A stretch of 64,000 nt of DNA, from positions 6,822 through 70,821 of the forward strand of contig JACOVA010000103.1 in the NCBI GenBank assembly GCA_016177575.1, read 5' to 3'. The DNA comes from Betaproteobacteria bacterium. Lineage in GTDB: Bacteria; Pseudomonadota; Gammaproteobacteria; Burkholderiales; SG8-39. Positions 31,330 through 42,707 of the stretch are shown piece after piece. The notes beneath the pieces were generated by a model. That model was not told the origin of the DNA. It made no database searches and saw nothing but the letters and a program-made list of their open reading frames with translations. Every line of letters starts with the position of its first letter. The stretch's first letter is position 1. Made by a program: the position numbers and the translations under genes.

Positions 31330-33308
31330 CCGATTCGCTTCAGAGATTTTTCCTCGGCGGGTCTGAGTACCCGCACGCAGGGCTGGTAGCCCTCGAACAC
31401 GACGCCGTGCAGCTCGGTGCGCTTCTGCGAGCGCAGCAGGCCGGCGAGGTACTCGGCGATGCGCGGCGTGATCACCTGGCCCGGCACCAGCACCGGGATG
31501 CCGGGCGGGTAGGGCACGATGCCGTCGGCGCAGACGCGGTGCGACAGGCCGCGATTGACGCGCTCCTTGTCGTCGAGCACCGGCACCAGCTCGCCGCCGC
31601 AGTAGTAGGCGTCGCGCGGCAGGAAGCGCAGCCGCGTGAAGGCGGGGATCTCGGGCGTGCGCACCAGGCGCCGCGCCGGCCTGCCCTCGCGCGCCAGGCG
31701 CATGAGCGCGTCGTACAGGCGCGACACCTTGGAGCGCGTGGTGCCGATGGTGAGAAGGAGCGTGAGCGTGTTGAACGTGCTCTTCTCGACCTGGATGTTG
31801 AAGCGGTCGAAGAGCTCGCGCTGCAGCTCCTCCACGGTGTAGCCGCAGCCGGAGATATCGATTGTGACCTTGGTGGGGTCGAGCCGGATCCCGTCTTTTT
31901 TTGTTTCTTCAGGTAACAAATCTTCCAAGTCGAGCACGCGAAAGGCCCGCGTCGAGTTGATCAGCTTCCTGATCTCGAGAGCCAGCTCCAACGTGCGCTT
32001 GAGCAGCTTGTAGCCCTCCATCACCGCCTGCTTGCGCGCCACGTCGAGGCTCGCGATCAGGCCGTACTGCGGCGAGGTCGAGGTGTGCATGTTGAAGTTC
32101 TCGCGGAACAGGTGCTCGTTGAAGGCCGGGTCGTTGACGTGGATCATCGATGCCTGCGAGAAGGCCGACAGCACCTTGTGCGTCGACTGGGTCGCGTAGT
32201 CCGCGCCCGACTCGAGCGCGGTGGGCCGGAACTCGGGGTGGAAGCGCGCGAAGCCGTACCAGGCCTCGTCGACGATGACCTTCATCCCCTTCGCGTGTGC
32301 CGCCTGCACGATCGGCGCGAGGTCGTAGCGCAGGCCGTCGTAGGTGCAGGAGGTGAGGATGAGCGCCTGCGCGTCCGGATGTTTTCTTATTTCATTGAGA
32401 AGTATTTTTTTCGGCACCGGGCCGTAAAGCCCGTACTTCCTGTTCAGCGCCGAATCCAGATAGACGGGATGGGCGCCGGAGAGCACCACGCCGTGGTGCA
32501 CGCTCTTGTGGCAGTTGCGGTCGAGCAGCAGTTTCTCGCCCGGCGCGAGCAGGGTCTGGAAGATCACCTTGTTCGCGGTCGAGGTGCCGTTGGTGGCGAA
32601 GAAGGTGCGCCGCGCGCCGAACGCCTTGGCCGCCATCTGCTGCGCCTCCGCGATCACGCCGCGCGGCTCCATGAGCGAGTCGAGCATCGGCACCGACACC
32701 GAAAGGTCGGCGTCGAACACGTGCTCGCCCATGAACTCGTAGAAATCGTTCACCCAGGGGCTGCCGCGCAGCGACTCGCCCGAGGAGTGGCCGGGCGTAT
32801 GCCACTGGTCCTTCGCCATCCAGACGTAGTTCTTCAGCTGGTCGGTGAACGGCGTGCGCGCCTTCTCCTGGATCTGCGCGTTGAGGATGCGGTAGATGCC
32901 GCGGTAGTCGCCCTCCTCGCGGTAGAAGTAGCCGTCGACCGCCTCGGTGAACAGGGCATCGACCACGTCGTCCTCCTTCTCCTGCGCGATCAGGATGTAG
33001 ACGTTGAGCTCGGGCCGCAGGCGCGTGATGCGCTGCACCAGCTCGAGCGCCGACATCTGCAGCTTCTTCCTGCCGTTGCGCTTGCGCGAGCCCGGAAGCG
33101 AATACAGCTTGTCGTCCGCGAGCACCGCCTGCAGGTCGCCGTCGGCCTCGATCGCCGCGAGCGCCTCGCGCGCGGTGGCGACCCCGCCGAAGACGATGCC
33201 GAGCGGGTTGTCGAGCGAGCGCGCGGCGGCATTCAAGCCCTTGACCAGCTCGCGCAGCACGAGCGGGTCATCTTCGACCACCAGGATCCGGCTCACGGGC
33301 TTGGTCAT
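31326..33308 (-). CDS. Orn/Lys/Arg decarboxylase family (fold type I PLP) with N-terminal CheY-like domain
   Basis: 660 aa. N-terminal ILVVEDDPLVLREL, major domain HTPGHS...NGTSTANK, PLP-lysine region ATQSTHKVLSAFSQASMIHV. Its stop overlaps the convergent cyclase gene stop. Confidence 0.85.
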   Translation of the reverse strand: MTKPVSRILVVEDDPLVLRELVKGLNAAARSLDNPLGIVFGGVATAREALAAIEADGDLQAVLADDKLYSLPGSRKRNGRKKLQMSALELVQRITRLRPELNVYILIAQEKEDDVVDALFTEAVDGYFYREEGDYRGIYRILNAQIQEKARTPFTDQLKNYVWMAKDQWHTPGHSSGESLRGSPWVNDFYEFMGEHVFDADLSVSVPMLDSLMEPRGVIAEAQQMAAKAFGARRTFFATNGTSTANKVIFQTLLAPGEKLLLDRNCHKSVHHGVVLSGAHPVYLDSALNRKYGLYGPVPKKILLNEIRKHPDAQALILTSCTYDGLRYDLAPIVQAAHAKGMKVIVDEAWYGFARFHPEFRPTALESGADYATQSTHKVLSAFSQASMIHVNDPAFNEHLFRENFNMHTSTSPQYGLIASLDVARKQAVMEGYKLLKRTLELALEIRKLINSTRAFRVLDLEDLLPEETKKDGIRLDPTKVTIDISGCGYTVEELQRELFDRFNIQVEKSTFNTLTLLLTIGTTRSKVSRLYDALMRLAREGRPARRLVRTPEIPAFTRLRFLPRDAYYCGGELVPVLDDKERVNRGLSHRVCADGIVPYPPGIPVLVPGQVITPRIAEYLAGLLRSQKRTELHGVVFEGYQPCVRVLRPAEEKSLKRIG

Positions 33309-33331
33309 GCGGGGGCTCAGTATAATTCCGC

Positions 33332-33673
33332 ATGCCCGAGTCGGCGGTCGAAGGGGTGGTGGTCGAGTTCGTGATCCAGGGCCTCACCCCGGACGGCAAG
33401 CCTTTCCGGCCGAGCGACTGGGCGGAGCGGCTGTGCGGCATCATGGCCGCGTTCGGCGGCGACCACCGCATGCAGTACTCGCCTTACGTGCATCCGGTGA
33501 CCGCGTCGGGGGTGCGTTGCGTGGTGGTCGACGTGCGGCTCGAGGAAGTTGAGCCGATGGCCTACCGTTTCCTGCTCAGTTTCGCCAAGGACAACGAGCT
33601 CAAGACGCGCGACGGGCGCGTCGCCGAGCGCAGCGAGCTCGCCAAGCTGCAGCGGGCCGGTGACACGGCCTAG
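33332..33673 (+). CDS. DUF3579-family protein
   Basis: 113 aa. VEFVIQGLTPDGKPFRPSDWAERLCG...YSPYVHPV...VVVD matches my recollection of DUF3579, commonly next to rpsT in betaproteobacteria. Confidence 0.7.
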   Translation: MPESAVEGVVVEFVIQGLTPDGKPFRPSDWAERLCGIMAAFGGDHRMQYSPYVHPVTASGVRCVVVDVRLEEVEPMAYRFLLSFAKDNELKTRDGRVAERSELAKLQRAGDTA

Positions 33674-33698
33674 ACCGGGAGAGGCCCTGCCTTCCCTC

Positions 33699-33962
33699 CT
33701 AGGACATCGCCTTGATGGCGTGCGCGAGGCGGCTCTTGTGGCGCGCGGCCGCATTGGGGTGCAGCACGCCTTTCGCCGCGACGCGGTCGATCACCGCCTG
33801 CGAGCGCGCGAGCGCGGCGGCGGCGAGCTTCTTGTCGCCCGAGGCGATGGCCTTCTTGACATCCTTGATGGCGCCGCGCGCGGCGGTGCGCAGGCTGACG
33901 TTGTGGCTGCGGCGCTTGAGTGCCTGGCGGGCGCGCTTGCGGGCGGACTTGATGTTTGCCAT
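33699..33962 (-). CDS. rpsT: 30S ribosomal protein S20
   Basis: MANIKSARKRARQALKRRSHNVSLRT..., 87 aa. The track ORF has a 16-codon N-terminal extension that I discard. Confidence 0.93.
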   Translation of the reverse strand: MANIKSARKRARQALKRRSHNVSLRTAARGAIKDVKKAIASGDKKLAAAALARSQAVIDRVAAKGVLHPNAAARHKSRLAHAIKAMS

Positions 33963-34024
33963 TGAGGGACGGAGTCGAAAAAGGGGGCGAATTCTAGCAT
34001 GAACCTGCACGAGGGAGCTGGAGA

Positions 34025-35560
34025 TTGAACCTGCTGCGGGCGCTGGCGACCGTAAGCAGCCTGACGCTGCTGTCGAGGATTCTCGGCTATGCGCGCGATT
34101 TCTTCATCGCCCGCGTGTTCGGGGCGGGGCTCGCCACCGACGCCTTCTTCGTCGCCTTCCGTATCCCGAACCTGCTGCGGCGCCTGTTCGGCGAAGGCGC
34201 GTTCTCGCAGGCCTTCGTGCCGATCCTCTCGGAGTACCGCAACCGGCAGACGCCCGAGGAGACGCGCACGCTGGTCGACTGCGTCTCGACGCTCCTGTTC
34301 GTCGCCCTGCTTGTCACCGCCGCGCTGGGCGTGATCGCCGCGCCGCTCGTGATCTGGCTGTCGGCGCCCGGCTTCGCCGCCGATGCGCACAAGTTCGACC
34401 TCACCGTGGCGCTGCTGCGCATCACCTTCCCTTACATCATCTTCATCTCGCTGGTGGCGCTGGCGGCGGGGATCCTGAACACCTGGAGCCGGTTCGCGGT
34501 GCCGGCGTTCACGCCGGTGCTGCTCAACGTCTCCTTCATCGTCGCCGCGGTGTTCTTCGCCGAGCGCTTCGACCCGCCGGTGCTGGCGCTCGCCTGGGCG
34601 GTGTTCGCGGGCGGCGTGCTGCAGCTCGCGCTGCAGCTGCCGTTCCTGGCCCGGATCGGCATGCTGCCGCGCTGGCGCCTGAACCTGAAGCATGCGGGCG
34701 TCGCGCGCGTGCTCAAGCTGATGGCGCCGGCGGTGTTCGGCGTCTCGGTGAGCCAGGTGTCGCTCCTGATCAACACCATCTTCGCCTCGTTCCTGGTCAC
34801 CGGCAGCGTGTCGTGGCTCTATTACGCCGACCGGCTGATGGAGTTCCCGGCCGGCGTGCTGGGGGCGGCGCTCGGCACGATCCTGCTGCCAAGCCTGTCG
34901 AAGTTCCATGCCGGCGGCGCGCCCGAGGAGTACAGCCGCCTGCTGGACTGGGGCCTGCGCGTCACGCTGCTGCTGGCGCTGCCCGCAGCGGCGGCGCTCG
35001 CCGTGCTGGCGCTGCCCCTGATCGCGACCTTGTTCCATTACGGGCGCTTCAGCGCCGAGGACGCATGGATGACGCGCCAGGCGCTGGTCGCCTACAGCCT
35101 GGGCCTGGTCGGCATGATCCTGGTGAAGATCCTCGCGCCCGGCTTCTACGCCAGGCAGAACGTGGTCACGCCGCTGAAGATCGGCCTCGCCACGCTCGCC
35201 GCGACCCAGGCGATGAATCTCGCCTTCATCGGCCCGCTCAAGCACGCCGGCCTGGCGCTCGCGATCGGGCTGGGGGCCTGCCTGAACGCCTATCTTCTGT
35301 TGCTGTTTCTGAGGAAGCAGCAGATCTATTCGCCGCTGCCCGGATGGACCGCGTTCGCGCTCAAGATCGCGCTGGCGGTCGGCGCCATGGCGGCGGCGCT
35401 CTGGCTGGCGATGGGCCCCGCCGAGCACTGGCTGCGCGCGGGCTGGCAGTGGAAGGTGTCGATGCTGGCGGGACTTGTGCTCCTCGGCGGCGCGGCGTAC
35501 GGTGCCTGCCTGTACCTGCTGGGCTTTCGCGTGAGCCATTTTTCGAAGAGGGTGCAATAG
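34025..35560 (+). CDS. murJ: lipid II flippase MurJ (MviN)
   Basis: TTG start. [62 protein letters not shown]. 511 aa, polytopic. Confidence 0.92.
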   Translation: MNLLRALATVSSLTLLSRILGYARDFFIARVFGAGLATDAFFVAFRIPNLLRRLFGEGAFSQAFVPILSEYRNRQTPEETRTLVDCVSTLLFVALLVTAALGVIAAPLVIWLSAPGFAADAHKFDLTVALLRITFPYIIFISLVALAAGILNTWSRFAVPAFTPVLLNVSFIVAAVFFAERFDPPVLALAWAVFAGGVLQLALQLPFLARIGMLPRWRLNLKHAGVARVLKLMAPAVFGVSVSQVSLLINTIFASFLVTGSVSWLYYADRLMEFPAGVLGAALGTILLPSLSKFHAGGAPEEYSRLLDWGLRVTLLLALPAAAALAVLALPLIATLFHYGRFSAEDAWMTRQALVAYSLGLVGMILVKILAPGFYARQNVVTPLKIGLATLAATQAMNLAFIGPLKHAGLALAIGLGACLNAYLLLLFLRKQQIYSPLPGWTAFALKIALAVGAMAAALWLAMGPAEHWLRAGWQWKVSMLAGLVLLGGAAYGACLYLLGFRVSHFSKRVQ

Positions 35561-35573
35561 GGGCGCCGAGCCG

Positions 35574-36425
35574 GTGGCCGCGCTCGACCATTTCTGCGAG
35601 CTCCTGTCGCGCGACGACGACAGGATCGAGCTCGCGCGCGCCTGCCTGCAGATCGCCGAGGACGCCTATCCGGCGCTCGACGTCGACGGCTACGTCGGCG
35701 AGATCGAGCGCTTCGCGAAGCGGCTGCGCGCGCGGCTGGCGCACGACGCGGCCGCCGAGGACCGCGTGGTGGCGCTGAACGAGTTCCTGTTCGACGACCT
35801 CGGCTTCAGCGGCAACACGGACAATTACTACGATCCGCGCAACTCCTATCTCAACGAGGTGCTCGACCGCCGCACCGGCATACCGATCACGCTCTCGGTG
35901 CTGTACATGGAGATCGGGCGCCGCGTCGGCCTGCAGTTCGAGGGCGTGTCGTTTCCGGGACATTTCCTGGTGCGCCTGCGGCTGCGGGGCGGCATGCTGG
36001 TGCTCGACCCGTTCTCGGGCGGAACGCCGCAGTCGGAGGACGAGCTGCGCGAGCGCCTGAAGCGCGTCATCCCGCGCGGCGCGACCGGCGGCATTCCGGT
36101 CGCCAGCCTGCCGCTCGACCAGTTCCTCGAGCCGGCGAGCAACCGCCAGATCCTGGCGCGCGTGCTGCGCAACCTGAAGGGGGTCTACCGCGAAGCCGAC
36201 AAGCCCGAGCGCCTGCTCGAAGTGCTGAACCGGATGATCATCGTGGCGCCCGACTCGGCCGGCGAGCTGCGCGACCGCGGCCTGGTGTACCAGCGGCTGG
36301 AGTGCTGGCGGCCGGCGCTCAAGGACCTGGCCGACTACCTCGAGCGCGAGCCCGACGCCTCGGACGTCGACGAGGTGCGCGCCAAGATGATGGACCTGTC
36401 AATGCGCTGCGCGCGCCTCAACTGA
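35574..36425 (+). CDS. SirB1/YchA-like transglutaminase-like + TPR protein (UPF0162)
   Basis: 283 aa. NYYDPRNSYLNEVLDRRTGIPITLSVLYMEIGRRVGL..GVSFPGHFLVR is the hallmark. C-terminal TPR-like region. Confidence 0.78.
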   Translation: MAALDHFCELLSRDDDRIELARACLQIAEDAYPALDVDGYVGEIERFAKRLRARLAHDAAAEDRVVALNEFLFDDLGFSGNTDNYYDPRNSYLNEVLDRRTGIPITLSVLYMEIGRRVGLQFEGVSFPGHFLVRLRLRGGMLVLDPFSGGTPQSEDELRERLKRVIPRGATGGIPVASLPLDQFLEPASNRQILARVLRNLKGVYREADKPERLLEVLNRMIIVAPDSAGELRDRGLVYQRLECWRPALKDLADYLEREPDASDVDEVRAKMMDLSMRCARLN

Positions 36426-36944
36426 ATTGACGATTCCCGCCTTGGCGCGTAGCTCGAGAGCGCGCTTCTGCACCGCCTCGTGCAGCCTGGGCTTGTAGCC
36501 GAGCGCGAAAAAGACTTCCGCGGCAAGGAAGATCGGCGCCACGAAGACCTGGAAGAAATTGTCCACCAGGGCTGGCTTGCGGCCCTCGAACACGTGGCCG
36601 ATCAGCTGCAGCACCCAGCCGCCGCCGAAGAACACGAGAAACCATACCGCCCCGACCGTGATCGGCTGCACCGCGATCTGGTCGGCGAAGTAGAGCAGCA
36701 GGCCGTTGATCGCCAGCATCGCGAGCGCGAGCGGCACGTCGAGCATGAAATACCAGACCATCACCACCGCGGCGAGCAGCAGCGCCGCGCTGAGCGTAAC
36801 GCCGCCCAGGTCGACGCGCAGCCAGCCGAGGGCGATGAAGAGGCCAAAGATGATCGCCGGCACGCCGATGAAGTGGGTCAGCTTGTTGCGGCTGTCCTGG
36901 TGGTAGGCCGCGTAGAAGGACATCTGCTCTTCGAGTGATTTCAC
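36399..36944 (-). CDS. DUF962 (Mpo1-like) membrane protein
   Basis: 181 aa. FYAAYHQDSRNKLTHFIGVPAIIFG, HVFEGRKPALVDNFFQ. Confidence 0.75.
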   Translation of the reverse strand: MKSLEEQMSFYAAYHQDSRNKLTHFIGVPAIIFGLFIALGWLRVDLGGVTLSAALLLAAVVMVWYFMLDVPLALAMLAINGLLLYFADQIAVQPITVGAVWFLVFFGGGWVLQLIGHVFEGRKPALVDNFFQVFVAPIFLAAEVFFALGYKPRLHEAVQKRALELRAKAGIVNSVEARAAH

Positions 36945-37006
36945 GCCTGCCCTCCGTGTCGCATCGCAGCAAAAATCCGCTACAATTCATCATTTTACAC
37001 GCGCCG

Positions 37007-37936
37007 ATGCAGGTCACGCACGGGACCATCAAGCCGGGGGGCGGCCCCGTGGCGCTCACCATCGGCAACTTCGACGGCGTGCACCTCGGCCACCGCGCAA
37101 TGCTCGCGCGGCTGGTCGCGAAGGCGCGCGAGCTGAAACTGCCGTCGTGCGCGCTCACCTTCGAGCCGCACCCGCGCGAGTTTTTCGCGCCGGACGCGGC
37201 GCCGGCGCGGCTGACGCGGCTGCGCGAGAAGCTGGAGCTGATCGCCGAGGCGGGCGTGCAGCGCGTGCACGTGCTGCGCTTCGACGCGCGCCTGGCCGCG
37301 GTTTCCGCCGCCGGTTTCGTGCACGAGGTGCTGGCGCAGGGGCTGGGCGCGCGCTGGCTGCTGGTGGGGCGCGATTTCCGCTTCGGCGCGAAGCGCGCGG
37401 GCGATTTCGCCCTGCTGGCAGAGGCGGCGCCGCGCCACGGCTTCGCGCTCGAAGCGATGCCCGACGTGCGGCACGCCGGGGAGCGGGTGTCGAGCTCCGC
37501 GGTGCGCGCCGCGCTCGCCGCGGGCGACCTGGCGGGCGCCGCGCGCCTGCTCGGGCGCGCGTACATGATGAGCGGGCGCGTCGCGCACGGCGAGAAGCTC
37601 GGCCGTGCGCTCGGTTATCCGACCGCCAACATCGTCCTGCGCAGGCGGCCGCCGCTGGCGGGAATCTTCGCGGTCGAGGCCGAGCTGGAAGAAACGCACA
37701 GCGTGCTGCGCGGGGTGGCCAGCGTCGGCCGGCGGCCGACGGTGAAGGAAAACGCGCCGCCGCTGCTGGAAGTGCACCTGCTCGACTGGCAGGGCGAGCT
37801 CTACGGCCGCCACCTGCGGGTGAGGTTCCTCGGCAAGCTGCGCGACGAGGAGAAATTCGACGGGCTCGACGCGCTGCGTTCGGCGATCGGGCAGGATGTG
37901 GGACAGGCGAGGGAATACTTCGAGAGCAATGGCTGA
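37007..37936 (+). CDS. ribF: bifunctional riboflavin kinase / FMN adenylyltransferase
   Basis: Starts [50 protein letters not shown]-terminal kinase domain. Confidence 0.92.
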   Translation: MQVTHGTIKPGGGPVALTIGNFDGVHLGHRAMLARLVAKARELKLPSCALTFEPHPREFFAPDAAPARLTRLREKLELIAEAGVQRVHVLRFDARLAAVSAAGFVHEVLAQGLGARWLLVGRDFRFGAKRAGDFALLAEAAPRHGFALEAMPDVRHAGERVSSSAVRAALAAGDLAGAARLLGRAYMMSGRVAHGEKLGRALGYPTANIVLRRRPPLAGIFAVEAELEETHSVLRGVASVGRRPTVKENAPPLLEVHLLDWQGELYGRHLRVRFLGKLRDEEKFDGLDALRSAIGQDVGQAREYFESNG

Positions 37937-40727
37937 TTACAAGAGCACGCTGAATCTTCCCGACACGCCGTTTCCGATGCGCGGCGACCTCGCCAGGCGC
38001 GAGCCGCAATGGGTGCGGGAGTGGCAGGACAAGGGCGTCTACCGGCGCCTGCGCGCGATCGCACGCGGGCGCCCGCGCTTCGTGCTGCACGACGGCCCGC
38101 CCTACGCCAACGGCGACATCCACATCGGCACCGCGGTCAACAAGATCCTCAAGGACATCGTGGTCAAGTCGAAGACCATGGCCGGGTTCGACGCGCCCTA
38201 TGTGCCGGGCTGGGACTGCCACGGCATGCCGATCGAGGTGCAGATCGAGAAGAAGCACGGCAAGAACCTGCCGGTCGCGGAGACCCTGCGCCTGTGCCGC
38301 GCCTTCGCCGAGAAGCAGATCGCGCGGCAGAAGAAGGATTTCCAGCGCCTCGGCGTGCTCGGCGAGTGGGACGACCCGTACCTGACCATGGCGTTCCGCA
38401 ACGAGGCCGACGAGATCCGCGCCCTCGGCCAGCTGCTGCAGAAGGGGTACGTCTACCGCGGCCTCAAGCCCGTCAACTGGTGCTTCGACTGCGGCTCGGC
38501 GCTTGCCGAGGCCGAGATCGAGTACGAGGACAGGAAGGACCCCGCCATCGATGTTGCTTTCGAGCTGCTGGATCAAGATCGCGCAAAGCTCGCGCGCGCG
38601 TTCGCCCTGGACGAGCTGCCCAGGGGGCCGATTCTCGCGGTCATCTGGACCACCACGCCCTGGACGATCCCGGCAAACCAGGCCCTGAATGTGCACCCGG
38701 AGTTTCTGTATTCGCTAGTCGAGACGGAGCGCGGAAACCTGATTCTGGCGCACGACCTGAAAGAGGCATGCCTGGCGCGCTACGGCTTGAAGCGCCGGGA
38801 TCCGGCGAGCAAATCTGATCATAGTTCTCCTGGAAAAAATCTCGAAAACCTGAGATTCAGGCATCCGTTCTACGAGCGCTCCGCGCCGGTCTACCTCGGC
38901 GACTACGTGACGCTCGAGACCGGCACCGGCATCGTGCACTCATCGCCCGCCTACGGCGTGGAGGACTTCGACTCGTGCCGCCGCCACGGCATGAAGGACA
39001 GCGAGATCCTGACCCCGGTCCTGGGCGACGGCAGGTTCGCCGCCTCGCTGCCGCTCTTCGGCGGCATGTCGATCTGGGATGCCAATGCGAGGATCGTCAA
39101 GACGCTCGGGGAAAAAGGCGCCCTGCTCGCGGTCGACTGGAAGTTCGCGCACAGCTACATGCACTGCTGGCGGCACAAGACGCCGGTGATCCTGCGCGCG
39201 ACCACCCAGTGGTTCGCCGCCATGGACAAGGCGGTGAATTCCGGGGAAACGCTGCGCCAGAGCGCGCTGCGCGGCATCGCGCGGACGCAGTTCTTCCCCG
39301 CCTGGGGCCAGGCGCGGCTGCAGGGCATGATCGCCAACCGGCCCGACTGGACGCTCTCGCGCCAGCGCCAGTGGGGCGTGCCGATGCCGTTCTTCCTGCA
39401 CCGCGAGACGGGCGCGCTGCACCCGCGCACGGCCGAGCTGCTCGAGCAGGTGGCGAAGCGCGTCGAAAAGGAAGGCATCGAAGCCTGGCAGAACATCACC
39501 GCAGAAGAGCTTTTGGGTTCTGAAAGTTCTTCTTATGAAAAAAGCAAAGACACGCTGGACGTCTGGTTCGACTCCGGCTCGACCCACTTCACGGTGCTGA
39601 AGGGCTCGCACGCCGCGCAGACCGCGTTTCCCGCCGACCTCTACCTGGAGGGGTCGGACCAGCACCGCGGCTGGTTCCACAGCTCGCTCCTCGTGTCCTG
39701 CATGATGAACGGCGCGCCGCCCTACAAGGGCCTGCTGACGCACGGCTTCGTCATCGATCTCGAGGGCCGCAAGATGTCGAAGTCGAAGGGCAACACCATG
39801 GCGCCGCAGGAGATCGCCGGCACGCTGGGCGCCGAGATCCTGCGCCTGTGGGTCGCGAGCGGCGACTTCTCGGGCGAGCTGACGATCTCGAGCGAGATCC
39901 TGAAGCGCGTGGTCGAGAGCTACCGCCGCGTGCGCAACACGCTCAGGTTCCTGCTCGCCAATACCTCGGATTTCGACGTCGCCAGGAACGCCGTGCCGGT
40001 CGCCGCGATGGCGGAGATCGACCGCTACGTGCTCGCGCTGATGGCGCGCGAGCAGCAGGCGATGGCGGACGACTACGCGCGCTACCAGTTCCATCTCGTG
40101 GCGCAGCGGCTGCAGACTTTCTGCTCCGAGGACCTGGGCGCGTTCTATCTCGACATCCTCAAGGACCGCCTCTATACCTGCGGCGCCGGCTCGCCCGCGC
40201 GGCGCTCGGCGCAGACCGCGCTCTGGCACATCACCGCGAGCCTGGCGCGGCTGATGGCGCCGATCCTGTCGTTTACCGCCGAGGAAGTGTGGAGCGCCTT
40301 CGCCGGCAAGCCGGAGGAGAGCGTGTTTTTCCACACCTGGCACGAGCTGCCGCGCGACCCCGACGCGCCGCGGCTGCTGGCGAAGTGGGCCCGGCTGCGC
40401 GAGCTGCGCGCGCCGGTGAGAAAGTCGATCGAGGAGCTGCGCGTCGCCGGCAAGGTGGGCTCCTCGCTGCAGGCCGAAGTCGATCTCAGGCTGAACGGCG
40501 CCGATTACGAATTGCTTGCCGCCTTCGGCGAGGATCTCAAGTTCGTGCTGCTCACCTCCGCGGCGCGCGTCGAGAATGCGAGCGAGCGCGAGATCCGGGT
40601 CACGCCCAGCAGCCACCCCAAATGCGAGCGCTGCTGGCATTACCGCGCAGACGTAAACGGCGAGGGACTGTGCGGGCGCTGCGAGAGCAACCTGCACGGG
40701 GCGGGCGAACCGCGCCGTTATGCCTAG
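37929..40727 (+). CDS. ileS: isoleucine--tRNA ligase
   Basis: [25 protein letters not shown] motif [20 protein letters not shown] motif [11 protein letters not shown]-terminal Zn motif CERCWHY...CGRC. Overlaps ribF by 8 nt. Confidence 0.95.
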   Translation: MADYKSTLNLPDTPFPMRGDLARREPQWVREWQDKGVYRRLRAIARGRPRFVLHDGPPYANGDIHIGTAVNKILKDIVVKSKTMAGFDAPYVPGWDCHGMPIEVQIEKKHGKNLPVAETLRLCRAFAEKQIARQKKDFQRLGVLGEWDDPYLTMAFRNEADEIRALGQLLQKGYVYRGLKPVNWCFDCGSALAEAEIEYEDRKDPAIDVAFELLDQDRAKLARAFALDELPRGPILAVIWTTTPWTIPANQALNVHPEFLYSLVETERGNLILAHDLKEACLARYGLKRRDPASKSDHSSPGKNLENLRFRHPFYERSAPVYLGDYVTLETGTGIVHSSPAYGVEDFDSCRRHGMKDSEILTPVLGDGRFAASLPLFGGMSIWDANARIVKTLGEKGALLAVDWKFAHSYMHCWRHKTPVILRATTQWFAAMDKAVNSGETLRQSALRGIARTQFFPAWGQARLQGMIANRPDWTLSRQRQWGVPMPFFLHRETGALHPRTAELLEQVAKRVEKEGIEAWQNITAEELLGSESSSYEKSKDTLDVWFDSGSTHFTVLKGSHAAQTAFPADLYLEGSDQHRGWFHSSLLVSCMMNGAPPYKGLLTHGFVIDLEGRKMSKSKGNTMAPQEIAGTLGAEILRLWVASGDFSGELTISSEILKRVVESYRRVRNTLRFLLANTSDFDVARNAVPVAAMAEIDRYVLALMAREQQAMADDYARYQFHLVAQRLQTFCSEDLGAFYLDILKDRLYTCGAGSPARRSAQTALWHITASLARLMAPILSFTAEEVWSAFAGKPEESVFFHTWHELPRDPDAPRLLAKWARLRELRAPVRKSIEELRVAGKVGSSLQAEVDLRLNGADYELLAAFGEDLKFVLLTSAARVENASEREIRVTPSSHPKCERCWHYRADVNGEGLCGRCESNLHGAGEPRRYA

Positions 40728-41211
40728 GACGGCCATCTGGTTCGCGGTCGCTTTCGCGGTCGTGGTTCTCGACCGGCTCAGCAAGATCTGGATCCTCGAA
40801 GCGTTCCGGCCCGGCGAAGCGCTCGCGGTCAGCGGGTTTTTCAATCTGGTGCTGGTGTTCAACAAAGGCGCGGCTTTCAGCTTCCTCGCCGCCGCGCCGG
40901 GCTGGCAGACGCCGCTTTTCGTCGCCATCGCCGTTGCGGCCTCTCTTCTTATTGGTTTTCTTCTTTATAGGAACCCAGGTAAAACCCTGTTCTGTATCGG
41001 CTTGGCCCTGATCCTCGGCGGCGCGCTCGGCAACCTGTGGGACCGGCTGCAATGGGGCCACGTGGTCGACTTCCTCGACTTCCACGCCGCGGGCTGGCAC
41101 TGGCCGGCGTTCAACGTCGCCGATTCGGCGATCACGGTCGGCGCCGCGATGCTGATCGTGGAGAGCTTCCTGCACCGCGAGGGGAACGGCCGCCGTGAAA
41201 AGCGGGCCTGA
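40720..41211 (+). CDS. lspA: lipoprotein signal peptidase (signal peptidase II)
   Basis: 163 aa. [42 protein letters not shown]. Confidence 0.92.
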   Translation: MPRTAIWFAVAFAVVVLDRLSKIWILEAFRPGEALAVSGFFNLVLVFNKGAAFSFLAAAPGWQTPLFVAIAVAASLLIGFLLYRNPGKTLFCIGLALILGGALGNLWDRLQWGHVVDFLDFHAAGWHWPAFNVADSAITVGAAMLIVESFLHREGNGRREKRA

Positions 41212-41737
41212 GAACGGCCTCGCGCTGCTGCTCAGGGCGCTTGCCTTCGCCGCGCACAAGCATCGCGATCAGCGCCGCAAGGACGCCGAGGCCTCGCCCT
41301 ACATCAATCATCCGATCGCGCTCGCCGAGGTGCTAGCCGGCGAGGGCGGAGTCGCCGATGTCGAGGTGCTCGCCGCGGCGTTGCTGCACGACACCATCGA
41401 GGACACGGCCACCACGGGTGAGGAGCTGCGCGCGCAGTTCGGCCGGCGCATCGCGGCCATGGTCGAGGAGGTGACCGACGACAAGGCGCTCGCCAAGGCC
41501 GAGCGCAAGCGCCTGCAGATCGAGCACGCGGCCGAGCTGAGCGCGGGCGCGAAGCTGGTCAAGCTGGCTGACAAGATCTGCAACCTGCGCGACGTCGCGG
41601 AGCGCCCGCCGGCGAAGTGGGATCTCGAGCGCCGGCGCGAGTACTTCGACTGGGCCAGGCAGGTGATCGACCGGCTGCGCGGCACGCACCCCGGGCTGGA
41701 AGCGGCCTTCGATGCCGCCTACGAACGCAAACCCTGA
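41195..41737 (+). CDS. HD-domain small alarmone hydrolase, Mesh1/SpoT-hydrolase-like
   Basis: 180 aa. [29 protein letters not shown]...LLHDTIEDT...VEEVTDDK...[16 protein letters not shown]-only, with no synthetase, TGS or ACT domain. Confidence 0.8.
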   Translation: MKSGPENGLALLLRALAFAAHKHRDQRRKDAEASPYINHPIALAEVLAGEGGVADVEVLAAALLHDTIEDTATTGEELRAQFGRRIAAMVEEVTDDKALAKAERKRLQIEHAAELSAGAKLVKLADKICNLRDVAERPPAKWDLERRREYFDWARQVIDRLRGTHPGLEAAFDAAYERKP

Positions 41738-41756
41738 ACAGGGGATAATCGCGGCC

Positions 41757-42698
41757 ATGGACGTCCTGCTTGCCAATCCGCGCGGCTTCTGCGCCGGGGT
41801 CGAGCGCGCGATCGAGATCGTCGAGCGCGCGCTCGAGCGCCACGGCGCGCCGATCTACGTGCGGCACGAGATCGTGCACAACAAGTACGTGGTCGAGGAC
41901 CTGAGGCAGAAAGGCGCGGTGTTCGTCGAGGAGCTCGACCAGGTGCCGCCGGGCAGCACGGTGATCTTCTCGGCGCACGGCGTGTCGAAGGCGGTGCGCA
42001 GCGAGGCGGAGGCGCGGGGACTCAAGGTGTTCGACGCCACCTGCCCGCTGGTCACCAAGGTGCACATGGAGGTCGCGAAAATGCTGCGCGACGGCTTCCA
42101 GATCGTGATGATCGGGCACCGCGGGCATCCCGAGTCCGAGGGCACCATGGGTCAGGCCGCGAGCGGCATGCACCTGGTGGAGACGGTCGCAGACGTCGAG
42201 CGGCTCGCGGTCGACGCGGCGCAGAAGCTCGCCTACGTGACGCAGACCACGCTTTCGGTCGACGACGCGGCGCAGATCGTCGCCGCGCTCAGGCGCCGCT
42301 TCCCGCACATCCGCGGCCCGAAGCAGGACGACATCTGCTACGCGACCCAGAACCGCCAAGACGCGGTCAAGTTCATGGCCCCGCGCTGCGACGTGGTGAT
42401 CGTCGTGGGCTCGCCCAACAGCTCGAACTCCAACCGGCTGCGCGAAGTGGCGCAGAACATGGGCGTCGAGGCCTACATGGTCGACAGCGCCGCCGACCTG
42501 AAAGCCGAGTGGCTCGCGGACAGGCCGCGCGTCGGCGTCACCGCGGGGGCGTCGGCGCCGGAGGTGCTGGTGAACGCGCTGATCGAGCGCCTGATGGAGC
42601 TCGGCGCCAGCAGCGTGCGGCCGCTCGAGGGCGCCGCCGAGCACGTCGTGTTCACGCTGCCGCGCGAGCTGGCCCGCCGGCAGCGGGAAAAAGCGTGA
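41757..42698 (+). CDS. ispH: 4-hydroxy-3-methylbut-2-enyl diphosphate reductase
   Basis: [48 protein letters not shown]. Confidence 0.93.
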   Translation: MDVLLANPRGFCAGVERAIEIVERALERHGAPIYVRHEIVHNKYVVEDLRQKGAVFVEELDQVPPGSTVIFSAHGVSKAVRSEAEARGLKVFDATCPLVTKVHMEVAKMLRDGFQIVMIGHRGHPESEGTMGQAASGMHLVETVADVERLAVDAAQKLAYVTQTTLSVDDAAQIVAALRRRFPHIRGPKQDDICYATQNRQDAVKFMAPRCDVVIVVGSPNSSNSNRLREVAQNMGVEAYMVDSAADLKAEWLADRPRVGVTAGASAPEVLVNALIERLMELGASSVRPLEGAAEHVVFTLPRELARRQREKA

Positions 42699-42707
42699 CC
42701 GAATCCA

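Noticed and set aside
33674-33698. Terminator hairpin between convergent DUF3579 and rpsT
   Set aside because: The gggagagg / ccttccctcc arms are imperfectly complementary and there is no U-tract. That is not convincing enough to call.
33791-35557. 588-aa minus-strand ORF opposite murJ
   Set aside because: His/Arg/Gln/Glu-rich repetitive translation, antisense to a textbook MurJ sequence.
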